Source: an uncultured Gammaproteobacteria bacterium
GTDB taxonomy: Bacteria; Pseudomonadota; Gammaproteobacteria; JABCZS01
Assembly: GCA_963848305.1 (NCBI GenBank)
Contig: CAWKDC010000001.1
Span: forward strand, 736,001-800,000
Length of the DNA: 64,000 nt
Reading direction: 5' to 3'
In this document: positions 30,934-41,387 of the stretch, in pieces
Layout: each line of letters begins with the position of its first letter
Position numbering within the stretch: position 1 is the first letter of the stretch
Notes under the pieces: model-generated
Databases searched by the model: none
What the model was told of the DNA's origin: nothing
Seen by the model: only the letters and a program-made list of their open reading frames with translations
Made by a program: the position numbers and the translations under genes

Positions 30934-32469
30934 TTACCCATCACAGCCGCTGTAGCTTAAATTAAATGATTTATTGATCAGCGGGAAATCAGGCACTATA
31001 TTCCCCATGACCGCATATTCTAATGCAGGCCAGTTTTGCCATGAGGGATCATGCATATGGACCCAAAGCAAATGATCTGCGTCTTGATTGCAGAGCGCAA
31101 CAAATACTGGACCACGCCAGCCTTCAACACATCCCAATCCGGTGTGTATATCCGATAGTTTGGGCAGTTTAACATGAATACTGCCATTTGGCAGATTGTC
31201 TATGATTTGGAGTATGGCACTCAAAGATTCGAATAATTCCTTGAATCTCAACGACACACGCGCCGCGACATCGCCATCGTGTTCATGCGGGAATTCTATT
31301 TTTAAATGTGAATAGGGTTCGTAGGTCATCTGTTTTCGCCAGTCAATATGTCTACTGCTCGCCCTGGCAGATAATCCGAGCATTCCTAATCGAGTAGCCA
31401 AATCTGGTGTGATGGTACCAGTCAACGCGAACCTGTCCTGCAAACCACCTTGATCTTTCATGATAGACAATAATGCACTCACTTCGTCTCGTAAATCATG
31501 CATTTCACTTTTTAATATTGCTTGTCCATGGGAAGTGATGTCTTGATTGATACCGCCCGGAATAATCACATCCATGGCGTAACGACTCTTGAATAAGGCA
31601 TGGTTAGTTCGTAATACATTTTCTTTAAGACGTGAAAATTGTTCAAATGCAAATGTCAGCCCTGCATCTTTTCCCAGTACACCCAGATCGGCAAGATGAT
31701 TAGCAATACGTTCCCGTTCAAGTAACAACGCCCTTAACCATGTTGCACGCTCTGGAACTTTTGTTTGATGGGCATTCTCCAAAGCCATGCAATATGCCCA
31801 TGCATAGGCAACAGTACTATCTCCACTGACGCGCCCGGCCAATTTTGTACCTTTTTCAAAATCTGAACCTTGAAAATGTTTCGCCATTCCTTTATGCGCA
31901 TATCCAAAGCGTTCTTCCATGCGTAAAACATGTTCGCCCACCACATGAAACCGAAAATGACCTGGTTCAATAATAGCCGCATGGACGGGACCCACAGCCA
32001 TTTCATGCACTCCTGCACCGCCGACGCGAACGAAATGATAATCTTCTTGTTCATCATCAAAATGATCAGAAATCTTGAATTCATGACGCAATGGAAACTT
32101 GTCTTTTGGCCACGCGCTGTGCCGTAACCATGGTCTATCATCTTCTGATCCGAGTGCTTTAAATCCCAACAAATCATATATTGAACGTTGCAACCTATGA
32201 GCCACAGGAAATAATCCGCTCAAATCTGGGTAACAGGGATCGTTCGATGAGAGCATACATCGAAGATAAAGTGTCTCTTTCTCCCAAAATACAAAAAACA
32301 AATGTAAGACAAAACCTGAATATTGTGCTCTTTCATCACTCCCCCAAAGAGCGAGAAGTTCTCCCTTCTCATCCGCAATGTGAGTCAAAATTTCGTATAA
32401 ATCACTCAGAATAACATCCATTTCCCAACAAGGCCAATCACAAAAAACTTTTCTAGCATTGATATTCAT
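30934..32469 (-). CDS. Ehr large subunit (HyfG/NuoCD-like) lacking Ni-binding cysteines
   Basis: VGPVHAAIIEPGHFRF, ELER-like ERERIANH, VEGWRG. The CxxC sites are replaced by RVSGDS and SFNLSYSG. Confidence 0.9.
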   Translation of the reverse strand: MNINARKVFCDWPCWEMDVILSDLYEILTHIADEKGELLALWGSDERAQYSGFVLHLFFVFWEKETLYLRCMLSSNDPCYPDLSGLFPVAHRLQRSIYDLLGFKALGSEDDRPWLRHSAWPKDKFPLRHEFKISDHFDDEQEDYHFVRVGGAGVHEMAVGPVHAAIIEPGHFRFHVVGEHVLRMEERFGYAHKGMAKHFQGSDFEKGTKLAGRVSGDSTVAYAWAYCMALENAHQTKVPERATWLRALLLERERIANHLADLGVLGKDAGLTFAFEQFSRLKENVLRTNHALFKSRYAMDVIIPGGINQDITSHGQAILKSEMHDLRDEVSALLSIMKDQGGLQDRFALTGTITPDLATRLGMLGLSARASSRHIDWRKQMTYEPYSHLKIEFPHEHDGDVAARVSLRFKELFESLSAILQIIDNLPNGSIHVKLPKLSDIHTGLGCVEGWRGPVFVALCNQDADHLLWVHMHDPSWQNWPALEYAVMGNIVPDFPLINKSFNLSYSGCDG

Positions 32470-33899
32470 GACAATAGACTCATTAAGTAAAGGATTGACA
32501 ATCCACCCGCAGCCAACAAAATTAAGTGAAAAGACACTGGCAAATAACTGGCGCGAATATCAGACACAACCAATTGTGGTTCAGGTGCATAAAAAACCAT
32601 TCGCTGGACATGAAAAGCCATCGCTGAAAATGCGATCATCAAACCGATAGCCAATGGGATGCTCAGCCAGAAATGTTGTTGAATAGTAATCAATATAATG
32701 AATAGTTCGCTGATAAATAATGGGAACGGAGGAAGCCCCATTAATGCGAATGCACTCAATAGCAATCCCCAGCCAATGCGTGGTGAGTCTTTGGCTAAGT
32801 CAGTGATTTGGTTCATCAGCGTATTCGCTCGCAACTGAATTGCTGAGCCAATGCTGAAAAAAGCGGCTGTTTTTGCCAACGAATGCGACAGCATATGCAA
32901 AAATCCAGCAAAAATGGCCAATGGTGTCCCTAGTCCAAATGCAAAAGAGATGATGCCCACATGCTCAATGGATGAATATGCGAATAATCTTTTTACTTCA
33001 CGTTGCCTGAGCATAAAAAGTGCTGATATGATAATATTCAATAATCCAAATACCATCAAACACATGCCTGCAAACCCATCAGTCATTGCACCATCAACAA
33101 TCACCTTAAATCGATAAATAATATAAAGCGTGACATTGATTAAAACACCCGACAGCAACGACAGCACAGGCGCCATACTTTCACCATAAACATCCGGCAA
33201 CCAATTATGCAATGGAATGAACCCTGCCTTGGTTCCATATCCTATCAATATAAAGACGAATGCCAAGCCAAGGATCGGTTCGGATAGAAGATGACTGATG
33301 CCATTAATCTCTGTGAAAAGGAGTGCATCATTTGCTGAAAGTACCTTTTCGGTCGCAAAGAATAACAAAATAGTGCCGAGCAATGCCTGAGCCAACCCTA
33401 AACCGCAAATAATAAGGTATTTCCACGCTGCTTCCAGGCTCTTTGAAGACCGGGACACTGTCACCAATAAGACTGTGCACAGCGTGGCACACTCCATACC
33501 AACCCATACAATCCCAAGGTTATTTGATAATAATATCAGGGATGCTATAAAGAAGAAAAATTGATATAACGGGTAAAAATAGCGTCCGTTGAAACGGGGA
33601 TCCTGCAGACTAAACCGCTCGTGCGATAAATATTTCACGCAATATATTGCAGTGGTAGTACCTATTAAATTCATCGATAGGATCAACATGCTGCTGATAG
33701 TATCAACATAGAACCATTTATTCATAGCTAAAACAGGACCTGTGTCAAAAACCTTAATCACAAGAAAAATAGATATGATGAACGACGTCACACTGGACAC
33801 AATATTGATAGCATTGGCTCCCCTTCTTTCGCCGAGGAAAAGCAGAAGGCCAGCGCCTATGACAGGTATGAGTAATAGTAACAACATCAGTATCATCAT
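32466..33899 (-). CDS. hyfF: Hydrogenase-4 subunit F-like antiporter-type subunit
   Basis: SLEAAWKY, GYGTKAG..PLH.WLPD, KRLFAYSSIEH. Confidence 0.88.
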   Translation of the reverse strand: MMILMLLLLLIPVIGAGLLLFLGERRGANAINIVSSVTSFIISIFLVIKVFDTGPVLAMNKWFYVDTISSMLILSMNLIGTTTAIYCVKYLSHERFSLQDPRFNGRYFYPLYQFFFFIASLILLSNNLGIVWVGMECATLCTVLLVTVSRSSKSLEAAWKYLIICGLGLAQALLGTILLFFATEKVLSANDALLFTEINGISHLLSEPILGLAFVFILIGYGTKAGFIPLHNWLPDVYGESMAPVLSLLSGVLINVTLYIIYRFKVIVDGAMTDGFAGMCLMVFGLLNIIISALFMLRQREVKRLFAYSSIEHVGIISFAFGLGTPLAIFAGFLHMLSHSLAKTAAFFSIGSAIQLRANTLMNQITDLAKDSPRIGWGLLLSAFALMGLPPFPLFISELFIILITIQQHFWLSIPLAIGLMIAFSAMAFHVQRMVFYAPEPQLVVSDIRASYLPVSFHLILLAAGGLSILYLMSLLS

Positions 33900-34561
33900 T
33901 AATCTTCCCGAAGCTTTTCCAAATGACTTAGGTCAAAACTTTCAAAGCTTTCATTGATTTTAAAAAAGAACACGCCAAAAATGAAGAGCGCAACCAACAC
34001 ATCAAATGCAATACCGAGCTCGACAATCAATGGCATACTATAGGGTGAACTGCTTGCAACAAAAAACAAACAGTTTTCCAGTGAAAGCAGACTCACGACT
34101 TGTGATATCGCCTTTCGCTTGATGATCATCATGAATGAGGATATCAAAACGCTCGCCAACGATAATGCTAACATTGTCGGCACAGCGCTGTGTGAAATAC
34201 TTTGAATCGGAAAACTGAGGTAAAATGCGAAGATCACCAGTGACAGCCCAATCAGCAATGTTGTCGATGTATTCACCAAATTTTCAATTTTCGACCGTAT
34301 ATTCAATTTGATGAGAATGCGATACAGGACAAATGGAATTAAACCGACTTTCATTCCCAACGTCAGCAGTACAATCAAGTACAGCTCCTTATGATCCATG
34401 AAATACGCCACCATGGCCGTATTAACACTCAGCACTAAACCCTGTAATGACAACAGCCGTATTAAACCCAACATTCTTCGCTGAACCAACATGGAGAAGG
34501 TGATCAGCAATATCATGGCGGCAAAAAAATGTATCATTGACGGCAAAAAATACATACTCAC
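33899..34561 (-). CDS. hyfE: Hydrogenase-4 subunit E-like membrane protein
   Basis: Multi-TM; SQVVSLLSLEN...PLIVELGIAFDVLV. Confidence 0.88.
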   Translation of the reverse strand: MSMYFLPSMIHFFAAMILLITFSMLVQRRMLGLIRLLSLQGLVLSVNTAMVAYFMDHKELYLIVLLTLGMKVGLIPFVLYRILIKLNIRSKIENLVNTSTTLLIGLSLVIFAFYLSFPIQSISHSAVPTMLALSLASVLISSFMMIIKRKAISQVVSLLSLENCLFFVASSSPYSMPLIVELGIAFDVLVALFIFGVFFFKINESFESFDLSHLEKLRED

Positions 34562-35520
34562 TCCATTGGTATCAATTGAATTAAAACACCCAACATCGCA
34601 AGTACAAACGCAATGGTTAGAAATTCTGGCACACGAAACAATCGCATTTTCGCTGAAACAACTTCAAACATGACAAGCCCCGCGCACATGATTAATATCT
34701 TGACGACAAAATATAGAAAGGCAACGGTGATTCCTATCATAGATATAGGGTGACTCAGACCCCAAGGGAAAAACAGCGCAATAGCGATGGTAAAATAGTT
34801 CAGTAATTTAAGATACGATGCCCACTCAATGAATGCAAGTTGTCGGCCAGAGTATTCAAGAGTAATCGCACCATGGATCATAGTCAGTTCCAAATGCGTT
34901 GATGGACTGTCAATAGGATTCCGTGCATTCTCGGCCAACAAAACCATGAAATAGGCAACGCCTGCGAATGCCAGGCTCGGATTGAGTGTCAGTGTTTGAA
35001 GATGCATCATCTGCACAATACGGCCTAAATCTGTGGAGTGGCATATCAATGCAATATTGAGAAAAACAATCAGCAATGCTGGCTCTGCGAGGAATGATAC
35101 CAGCATTTGACGACGCGCACCCATAGTGCCGAACGCAGTGCCCACATCCATTGCAGCAAGCGATAGCATGATTCGAGCAAAAGAAAAAACACCAGCTAGG
35201 ACAATCACATCTGCAATTTTATTGAGTGACATTCCAGCAATAAAAACAGGTACAATAAATGCCACAAGGCACATAAGTGAAAAATACAGATAAGGAACAG
35301 TTCTATAAAGTGGCGAAGCATTTTCCGCTAAAACAGTCTCCTTTGAAAACAATTTACGCAGATCACGATAAGGTTGAATAATTCCCGCGCCAGATTTATT
35401 CCCCATCCAGGCGTGTCCCTGACGGATCAAGCCTATTAATAGCGGAGCGATAGCCACCATGGCAAGACCTTGAAGCAATTGGATGAAAAACAACATTATC
35501 ATTGCCATAATGTCCACCAT
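34558..35520 (-). CDS. hyfC: HyfC/NuoH-like membrane subunit
   Basis: QPYRDLRKLFSKE, AEP, THLELTMIH...LEYSGR, KMRLFRVP. Confidence 0.88.
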   Translation of the reverse strand: MVDIMAMIMLFFIQLLQGLAMVAIAPLLIGLIRQGHAWMGNKSGAGIIQPYRDLRKLFSKETVLAENASPLYRTVPYLYFSLMCLVAFIVPVFIAGMSLNKIADVIVLAGVFSFARIMLSLAAMDVGTAFGTMGARRQMLVSFLAEPALLIVFLNIALICHSTDLGRIVQMMHLQTLTLNPSLAFAGVAYFMVLLAENARNPIDSPSTHLELTMIHGAITLEYSGRQLAFIEWASYLKLLNYFTIAIALFFPWGLSHPISMIGITVAFLYFVVKILIMCAGLVMFEVVSAKMRLFRVPEFLTIAFVLAMLGVLIQLIPME

Positions 35521-37454
35521 AATAATAGCAGCAGCGTGATAAAACTATAGAGCAGGTAATGATTGATTCGACCGTCCTGCATTTTTGATACCCATTTAGC
35601 AAGATGATCGATCAGTTGTAACATTGGCAAATAAAGACCCTGCCAAAACTTGTCTTCCATATGAGCATGGTATTGTGGATTTTTATCACCAGGTTCAGGT
35701 GCAGAAACCCTGGCATGAACAAACGCCCGAAAAATATGTTTGATAGGCTGCCCCATTCCCTCTGCAGTGTCTTGCATCCGAGCATTTTGCCGAGGAAATC
35801 CACCATCCCACGCAGGAACACGACGGTCATTCCATCTGTATAATCGTCTAATCGATAAATAAGAAAGCAGCATGATAGTACAAATAAGTAACAATATCAT
35901 TCCTGGACTATATGAAGATTGTGCTATTGTTGACGTCACTGTCAATAATGGGTTTTCACCATCAAATAGTTTGAGATAAGATGCGCCGAATTTTTTTGCC
36001 ATGAAGGGTGACAGGGTCTTGAGTAAAACTATTGGCATAACCCCAAGCAACACACAAGCTGCTGCTAGCCAACCTAAACCCAATCGTTCAAGATAGGACG
36101 CATCTATTGCTTTTACCAATGTTGATTCCCTGGGTTTTCCCAGAAAAATGATTCCATAAAATTTAACCATCACATAAGCACCTAATCCCATCGTCAGCGC
36201 AAACATACCGGCCATGACTGGGATCAACATATTTAAATAAAGAGGCTGGATTTTGGGAGAAAACAAATAAGATTGCAATAACAACCACTCCCCTAAAAAA
36301 CCACTGAGCAAAGGAATGCCAGAAATAGCTAATATGCCCACTAAAACCAATGCCGAAACCCAGGGCATTTTGTTAATCAGGCCTCCTAATTTTCCAAGAT
36401 TTCTTTCACCTGTCGCATGTAACACCGAGCCTGTTCCCAAAAACAATAAACTTTTTGTCAAAGCATGATTGAAAGAATGAAATAATGCCGCTGTGAGTGC
36501 CAACCCAGCCATCAAAGGTTGTGAAGATGCATAAAACATTAATGCCAAACCTATCGCAGCAAAAATAATGCCACCATTTTCAATAGACGAATATGCCAAT
36601 AACCTTTTCATGTCTGTTTGCATGGCCGACATCACAACCCCAAAAAACGCTGTCCCCGTCCCTAACATTAAAATGACCAGTCCCCATAATTGATGCGGCG
36701 CATTGAGCAAATCAAACACAAAACGTATGAGTCCATAAATGCCCATTTTCAACATCACCCCACTCATCAGCGCAGCAATGGGCGATGACACTGTAGAATA
36801 AGCTTCTGGCGCCCACAGGTGAAATGGCAGCATACCCGCTTTAACACCAAATCCGATCAGAATGCAAATGAATACAGTTGTTGCATAAAAGGGCGAAAAG
36901 TGCGCAGCTCTCATTGCACTGAAGGATGTGGCATCCGCGCCATGGACCATCACCGCGAAACCAATAAAAAGAAATAACGCACCCATGTGCGTCATCAAAA
37001 AGTATAGAAAGCCTGCTCGAAGTGTTTCAGTGGAATTGTTTGTGGTAGCAATCATGAGATAAGACGATATTGACATCAATTCCCACCCAATGAGAAATTG
37101 AATGGCATTGTCTGCCATTAATATCCACACCATGCTGGCTATGCATACATGATACAGTAAAAATAATACGCCTTTTTTAGGCGTCATCAGATGATTAAAA
37201 TAATGGCTCGAAAACAAACCGATGCCTATGGAAACCATGCTCATTAATAATAGAAAAAATGCGGACAATGCATCAAGCTTAGGATGTCCGATCCCAAAGC
37301 AGGATACCACCAGCAGTGCTACACTGCCTAAAGTACTCATCAAAAATAGACATGTTAAATATTTTTCATATCGCTGTAATAGCACGAGACCTGCAACACC
37401 CAGCATACACCAGTAAATACTGATGCCAGCAATGAATGTGAGCGGATATATCAT
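35499..37454 (-). CDS. hyfB: Hydrogenase-4 subunit B-like antiporter-type subunit
   Basis: WELMS, KAGMLPFHLW, ALMSGVMLK, KRLLAYSSIEN, KSLLFLG. Confidence 0.88.
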   Translation of the reverse strand: MIYPLTFIAGISIYWCMLGVAGLVLLQRYEKYLTCLFLMSTLGSVALLVVSCFGIGHPKLDALSAFFLLLMSMVSIGIGLFSSHYFNHLMTPKKGVLFLLYHVCIASMVWILMADNAIQFLIGWELMSISSYLMIATTNNSTETLRAGFLYFLMTHMGALFLFIGFAVMVHGADATSFSAMRAAHFSPFYATTVFICILIGFGVKAGMLPFHLWAPEAYSTVSSPIAALMSGVMLKMGIYGLIRFVFDLLNAPHQLWGLVILMLGTGTAFFGVVMSAMQTDMKRLLAYSSIENGGIIFAAIGLALMFYASSQPLMAGLALTAALFHSFNHALTKSLLFLGTGSVLHATGERNLGKLGGLINKMPWVSALVLVGILAISGIPLLSGFLGEWLLLQSYLFSPKIQPLYLNMLIPVMAGMFALTMGLGAYVMVKFYGIIFLGKPRESTLVKAIDASYLERLGLGWLAAACVLLGVMPIVLLKTLSPFMAKKFGASYLKLFDGENPLLTVTSTIAQSSYSPGMILLLICTIMLLSYLSIRRLYRWNDRRVPAWDGGFPRQNARMQDTAEGMGQPIKHIFRAFVHARVSAPEPGDKNPQYHAHMEDKFWQGLYLPMLQLIDHLAKWVSKMQDGRINHYLLYSFITLLLLLWWTLWQ

Positions 37455-37657
37455 AAAATATGCACCTAAGACAGGCTTAAAAAAATATCATATGCCACAT
37501 CAAGATACAAATCAAGTGCTCTCTGTAACTAACTCATGAATTAATCTCACATCTCAGGTAAACCAGTGTAAAATGAAACCACTGCTTGATCGATAGCATT
37601 ATTTCACCTATGAGAGAAGGCCTCCAACATACGTATAGTTCACATTAAGGATATAAG

Positions 37658-38401
37658 ATGATAACACGCAGCAAAATGAATCAATCCCTCAATCATCCAG
37701 ATACAAAACGAGCATACAATAAGGATTTATTCACAGCTGTTGCAAAAAAATATGCAATCGTCACAAAATTATTATCATTTGGTTTTGACGGTGCCTGGAA
37801 GAGGTCACTGGTTAAACAATTACCAGCGCTCGAATCGCCCCATTGTCTCGATTTGGCCTGCGGCACTGGAGATATTGCAATATTACTGGCGGCACGTTAC
37901 CCGCAAGGTCACATCATTGGTGTGGATATCACGCCAGCGATGCTGGCAGTAGCACGGGCAAACAATATTTCGGATCATTTGACATTTGTCGAGGCAGATA
38001 TGAACATCCCCCCTGTCGCGGATCAAAGCATGGATATCATCACTGGAGGATATGCATTACGCAACTCGCCCGATCTTGACCAGTTATTGCAAACCATATG
38101 GAACAAGTTGAAGCCTGGTGGTATTGCAACTTTTCTTGATTTTTCTAAATCAGATGAACTAAACGCACAGCGATGGCAAATGCGTTTGTTAATGTTCTGG
38201 ACAGGCTTGTGCAGCATTCTCTTGCATGCTAATCCAACAGTCCATCATTACATACCCGCCAGCTTGAAATCATTTCCAACGAGAAAAGAGCTACAAAACA
38301 AAATTGAACATATTGGATTTACACAATTCACATCGTGCTATCACCACAATGGCTTTATTGCCAGGATTTCTTTTGTAAAACCAATCAATGAGGCATCATG
38401 A
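37658..38401 (+). CDS. UbiE/MenG-like class I SAM methyltransferase
   Basis: LSFGFD..W, LDLACGTGD, YALRN, LKPGG. Confidence 0.82.
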   Translation: MITRSKMNQSLNHPDTKRAYNKDLFTAVAKKYAIVTKLLSFGFDGAWKRSLVKQLPALESPHCLDLACGTGDIAILLAARYPQGHIIGVDITPAMLAVARANNISDHLTFVEADMNIPPVADQSMDIITGGYALRNSPDLDQLLQTIWNKLKPGGIATFLDFSKSDELNAQRWQMRLLMFWTGLCSILLHANPTVHHYIPASLKSFPTRKELQNKIEHIGFTQFTSCYHHNGFIARISFVKPINEAS

Positions 38402-38402
38402 C

Positions 38403-39140
38403 TCAGTTCCCAAATATTGCATAGGGTTTCTTTTTTACGAATGCCCAATATCGGTCGCCATACGACCAATGCCAATATTCTGTGGGATAATTGACAAAAC
38501 CGACATCTTCCAATGCTTTTGACATGATGCGACGATACTTGGTCGCCACAGGTGATATCTTTTTAGAATGAGTGATTGAAAGCGATCCGTCCATGTCTTT
38601 CATCCAATCTTCTGTGAATATGCCCATGTCCACCCTATTTCCTTTCGCATCAATCAAATAAATATCAACAGCAGCGCCTGTCGAATGAGGTGGAATATTT
38701 CGTGATCCATCTTGATTGATGACTGGAGAAACCAATTTTGTGGTTTCCATGAATATCGCTTGATCGTTCATATCAGGATGCGCTGATTTCAGATCATGAT
38801 AATGCTGATTAAACAGTTGTTCTTGCAGCGCGAGACTGCGATAGGCTTCATAAATGCAAAACCGCAATCCATCAGGCAACGTTTTTTGTGCTTGCACCAA
38901 TTTTTCATAAACAGATTGACGCATTTTTGTATAATCCCGATTATCTTGTATTTCAGGAGAGGCCCCAAATGCTAACACTGTTTGATCACGTAAATCAATC
39001 ATAAGCTCATGATTATCATGGATAGGGATTTGCAAAACAGCAGGATCAGCAATCAATGTGATTGTTTTTGTGGGAATCGTTTTGAAAACGAGCAATCCAA
39101 GCAAGAATGCTCCACAGATAATCAGTATTTTTTTCATCAT
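38403..39140 (-). CDS. M15 D-Ala-D-Ala dipeptidase (VanX/DdpX-like) with N-terminal anchor
   Basis: YEAYRS, PPHSTGAAVD, NYPTEYWHWSYGD. Confidence 0.88.
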   Translation of the reverse strand: MMKKILIICGAFLLGLLVFKTIPTKTITLIADPAVLQIPIHDNHELMIDLRDQTVLAFGASPEIQDNRDYTKMRQSVYEKLVQAQKTLPDGLRFCIYEAYRSLALQEQLFNQHYHDLKSAHPDMNDQAIFMETTKLVSPVINQDGSRNIPPHSTGAAVDIYLIDAKGNRVDMGIFTEDWMKDMDGSLSITHSKKISPVATKYRRIMSKALEDVGFVNYPTEYWHWSYGDRYWAFVKKKPYAIFGN

Positions 39141-39163
39141 TGCTCCTACTACGATGGTTCACC

Positions 39164-39182
39164 TAGGGGGAAAATTCACCTA
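39164..39182. promoter_or_regulatory. 19-bp box 1
   Basis: TAGGGG-GAAAATT-CACCTA; TATGAT lies 34 nt downstream. Confidence 0.7.
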
Positions 39183-39249
39183 ATATTTTATCAAAAAATC
39201 AAGTAAGATGCCTGGGTATGATACTTCCATCAAAGAGAGGGCTTCGGCC

Positions 39250-39432
39250 ATGAACTTGCATCCTAATGATTATAATCAGAATATGACGTCTGAAAACACG
39301 TGTCGTACAATGATACTATACAGTAATCCGGATTCAATCATTAAAAATAAACGATATAACGAATATGCTCACTCTAAAAATCAATGCCGTACGATGATTC
39401 TCTATCAAGACCCGATGGGCCGTGCTCAATAA
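39250..39432 (+). CDS. 60-aa peptide with duplicated CRTMILY motif
   Basis: RBS gaggg. ENTCRTMILYSNP and KNQCRTMILYQDP are encoded with different synonymous codons. Confidence 0.6.
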   Translation: MNLHPNDYNQNMTSENTCRTMILYSNPDSIIKNKRYNEYAHSKNQCRTMILYQDPMGRAQ

Positions 39433-39460
39433 AAATGTGAATAAACCAGGGGACTGGTAT

Positions 39461-39712
39461 ATGAAGCTATTGAACACTCTTCTTGTCTTATCAGGCTTCG
39501 CACTCCTCGGTTCGCTAGGTTCTAAAATAATGCATGACCGAGAACAAACGAACGCTGCAGCAGAAATATTGAACGGTCTCAAAGAACTAACGCATTTAAT
39601 GGATAACATTCGCGAAGAGTGGGATATCTCGTTCACCGAGTTAGAGAACATTTTTAATGAAAACCGTGCTGGTAAAGAATCGTTAAAACGAGAAAATAGG
39701 TCATTATATTAA
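39461..39712 (+). CDS. Small membrane-anchored hypothetical protein
   Basis: RBS agggga, N-terminal hydrophobic helix followed by a charged helix. Confidence 0.55.
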   Translation: MKLLNTLLVLSGFALLGSLGSKIMHDREQTNAAAEILNGLKELTHLMDNIREEWDISFTELENIFNENRAGKESLKRENRSLY

Positions 39713-40264
39713 ATTGATGAGACCTCGCTCAATGGCCTGCATGATAAGCTCTGAGCGTGATTCGCAATGCAATTTTGATTTGACTGTGTCTAAATAATGT
39801 TCCACTGTTTTAGCGGATAATCCCAGTGCATCACCGATTTGTTTCATCGTCATACCCAGTGCAAGGTGTTTTAAGCAGGCTGTTTGTTGTTTGGTGAGTG
39901 GAATCATGGCGCGAGCGCTGACAGGAATAGAAATGCCCTGAACACCCAATACTTTTCCATAACTTCCTATCAACGGAAATTTAATGCTGCGATAAATTTG
40001 AGGATTACCTTTGTATAAACCTCTTTCATAAAAACAATCCATGCTGCGCGTTATCATGATGCGTTGATCATTCTGCATCATTAAAGTACCTACATCAGCC
40101 CATTTGAGATCTAAATCCGTTGTACCAACCAGCTCATTAAGACTATTTAGGTCAGATGCGGCCAAAAAAACGGCATCTCCGAATAAATACTTGCCCTTAT
40201 TATCTTTTGAATAACAGGCTTTGAATGATATATTTGCCATCGTTGCGCTCCGCTGACCAGACAC
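39704..40264 (-). CDS. PAS-LuxR transcriptional regulator (paralogue 1)
   Basis: PAS-like N-terminus (YSKD..GKY...VG.TD.DL.W...ND..IM...K.PLIG..GKVLGVQGIS) and LuxR HTH LTKQQTACL..LALG...IG..LGLS.KTVEHY. Confidence 0.88.
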   Translation of the reverse strand: MSGQRSATMANISFKACYSKDNKGKYLFGDAVFLAASDLNSLNELVGTTDLDLKWADVGTLMMQNDQRIMITRSMDCFYERGLYKGNPQIYRSIKFPLIGSYGKVLGVQGISIPVSARAMIPLTKQQTACLKHLALGMTMKQIGDALGLSAKTVEHYLDTVKSKLHCESRSELIMQAIERGLINLI

Positions 40265-40358
40265 TTGAACAGTGTACCAGAGTGGATGAAAGATGTCAAA
40301 ATAATATTATATTATGAATCAATAAGATATGCAATGCATTTGGCTGCGCAGCTTATAA

Positions 40359-40377
40359 TAGGGGGGAATCCCCCCTA
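40359..40377. promoter_or_regulatory. 19-bp box 2
   Basis: TAGGGG-GGAATCC-CCCCTA; TAAAAT lies 23 nt downstream. Confidence 0.8.
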
Positions 40378-40434
40378 TTTCTCTTTATCCTCATTTTAGA
40401 TAAAATGATGCAAACCGAATCATACTGAAGGCAC

Positions 40435-40916
40435 ATGATGGGCACACAGATTAGAAAAGCGACGATCAATGACAGCGACACTATCCTTACCTTCATCAAA
40501 GAACTGGCTGAGCATGAACAATTGGCACATGCTGTTGTAGGGTTGAGCAAATCCAAAAAACGCTTTTTTGTGACAACCCAAAAGTTGAGGCGCTGATAAT
40601 AGAGGAAGATGGACAGCATGCGGGTTTTGCATTATTCTTCCACAACTATTCTACTTTTTTATGTCGACATGGCATTTATGTTGAAGATATCTATGTGCGT
40701 GAACAATACCGTGGCAAAGGGTACGGTAAATCGTTGTTAAAGCATATTTGCAAATTGGCCATTGAACGTGATTGCGGTCGCGTTGAATGGTGGTGCCTGG
40801 ATTGGAATAAGCCGTCTATCGATTTTTATTTGAGTTTAAATGCTGAGCCGATGACGGATTGGACTGTGTATCGCTTGAATAGAGCGAAATTAGAGGTCCT
40901 TGCTTTGAAGACGTAG
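40435..40916 (+). CDS. GNAT N-acetyltransferase (diamine acetyltransferase-like), frameshift near 40540
   Basis: IRKAT..D...I..FIKELAEHE, then after the shift GFALFFHNYSTF...IYVEDIYV..QYRGKGYG...WWCLDWN..SIDFY. Confidence 0.8.
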
Positions 40917-41387
40917 ATATTATTGTATTTCTGTACAAATACATCAATATTAATCCAACAAGCACGCAAGCCAATAAAGTCAAAAGAACAATGCTGTTGT
41001 CATGAGCATTTTCACTGATTTTGGACGAATTGTTGCTTGAAAAGCTCTCGATCCCCATGTCATCATTCGAATGATGATCAATGTTCTTCTCATCTGATTT
41101 TTTGATAGCAAAACCAATGCTAACTAATACCCCAATCCATAATATAATGACACCCAAAATTATTGCGGCATTTTGTTCATTTCATAATCTGAAACTTTCT
41201 CGCTTTTATCTTGATCATCTATAGATTGCCTATTTTCATCTTCATCATGAATGGTGCTCACATATCCCGCCGGGCTTGGACTTCGCCACCAATGCGTATG
41301 TGTATCAAATGGCATGACATCACCGGTTTCAAAATACATATCCTCTCCTCAGCAAAATATTCAGGCTCATGAAGCATGATCTCTTCA

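Noticed and set aside
30934-32469. Functional NiFe hydrogenase or formate hydrogenlyase
   Set aside because: Both Ni-binding CxxC motifs are absent and no maturation or formate dehydrogenase genes are nearby.
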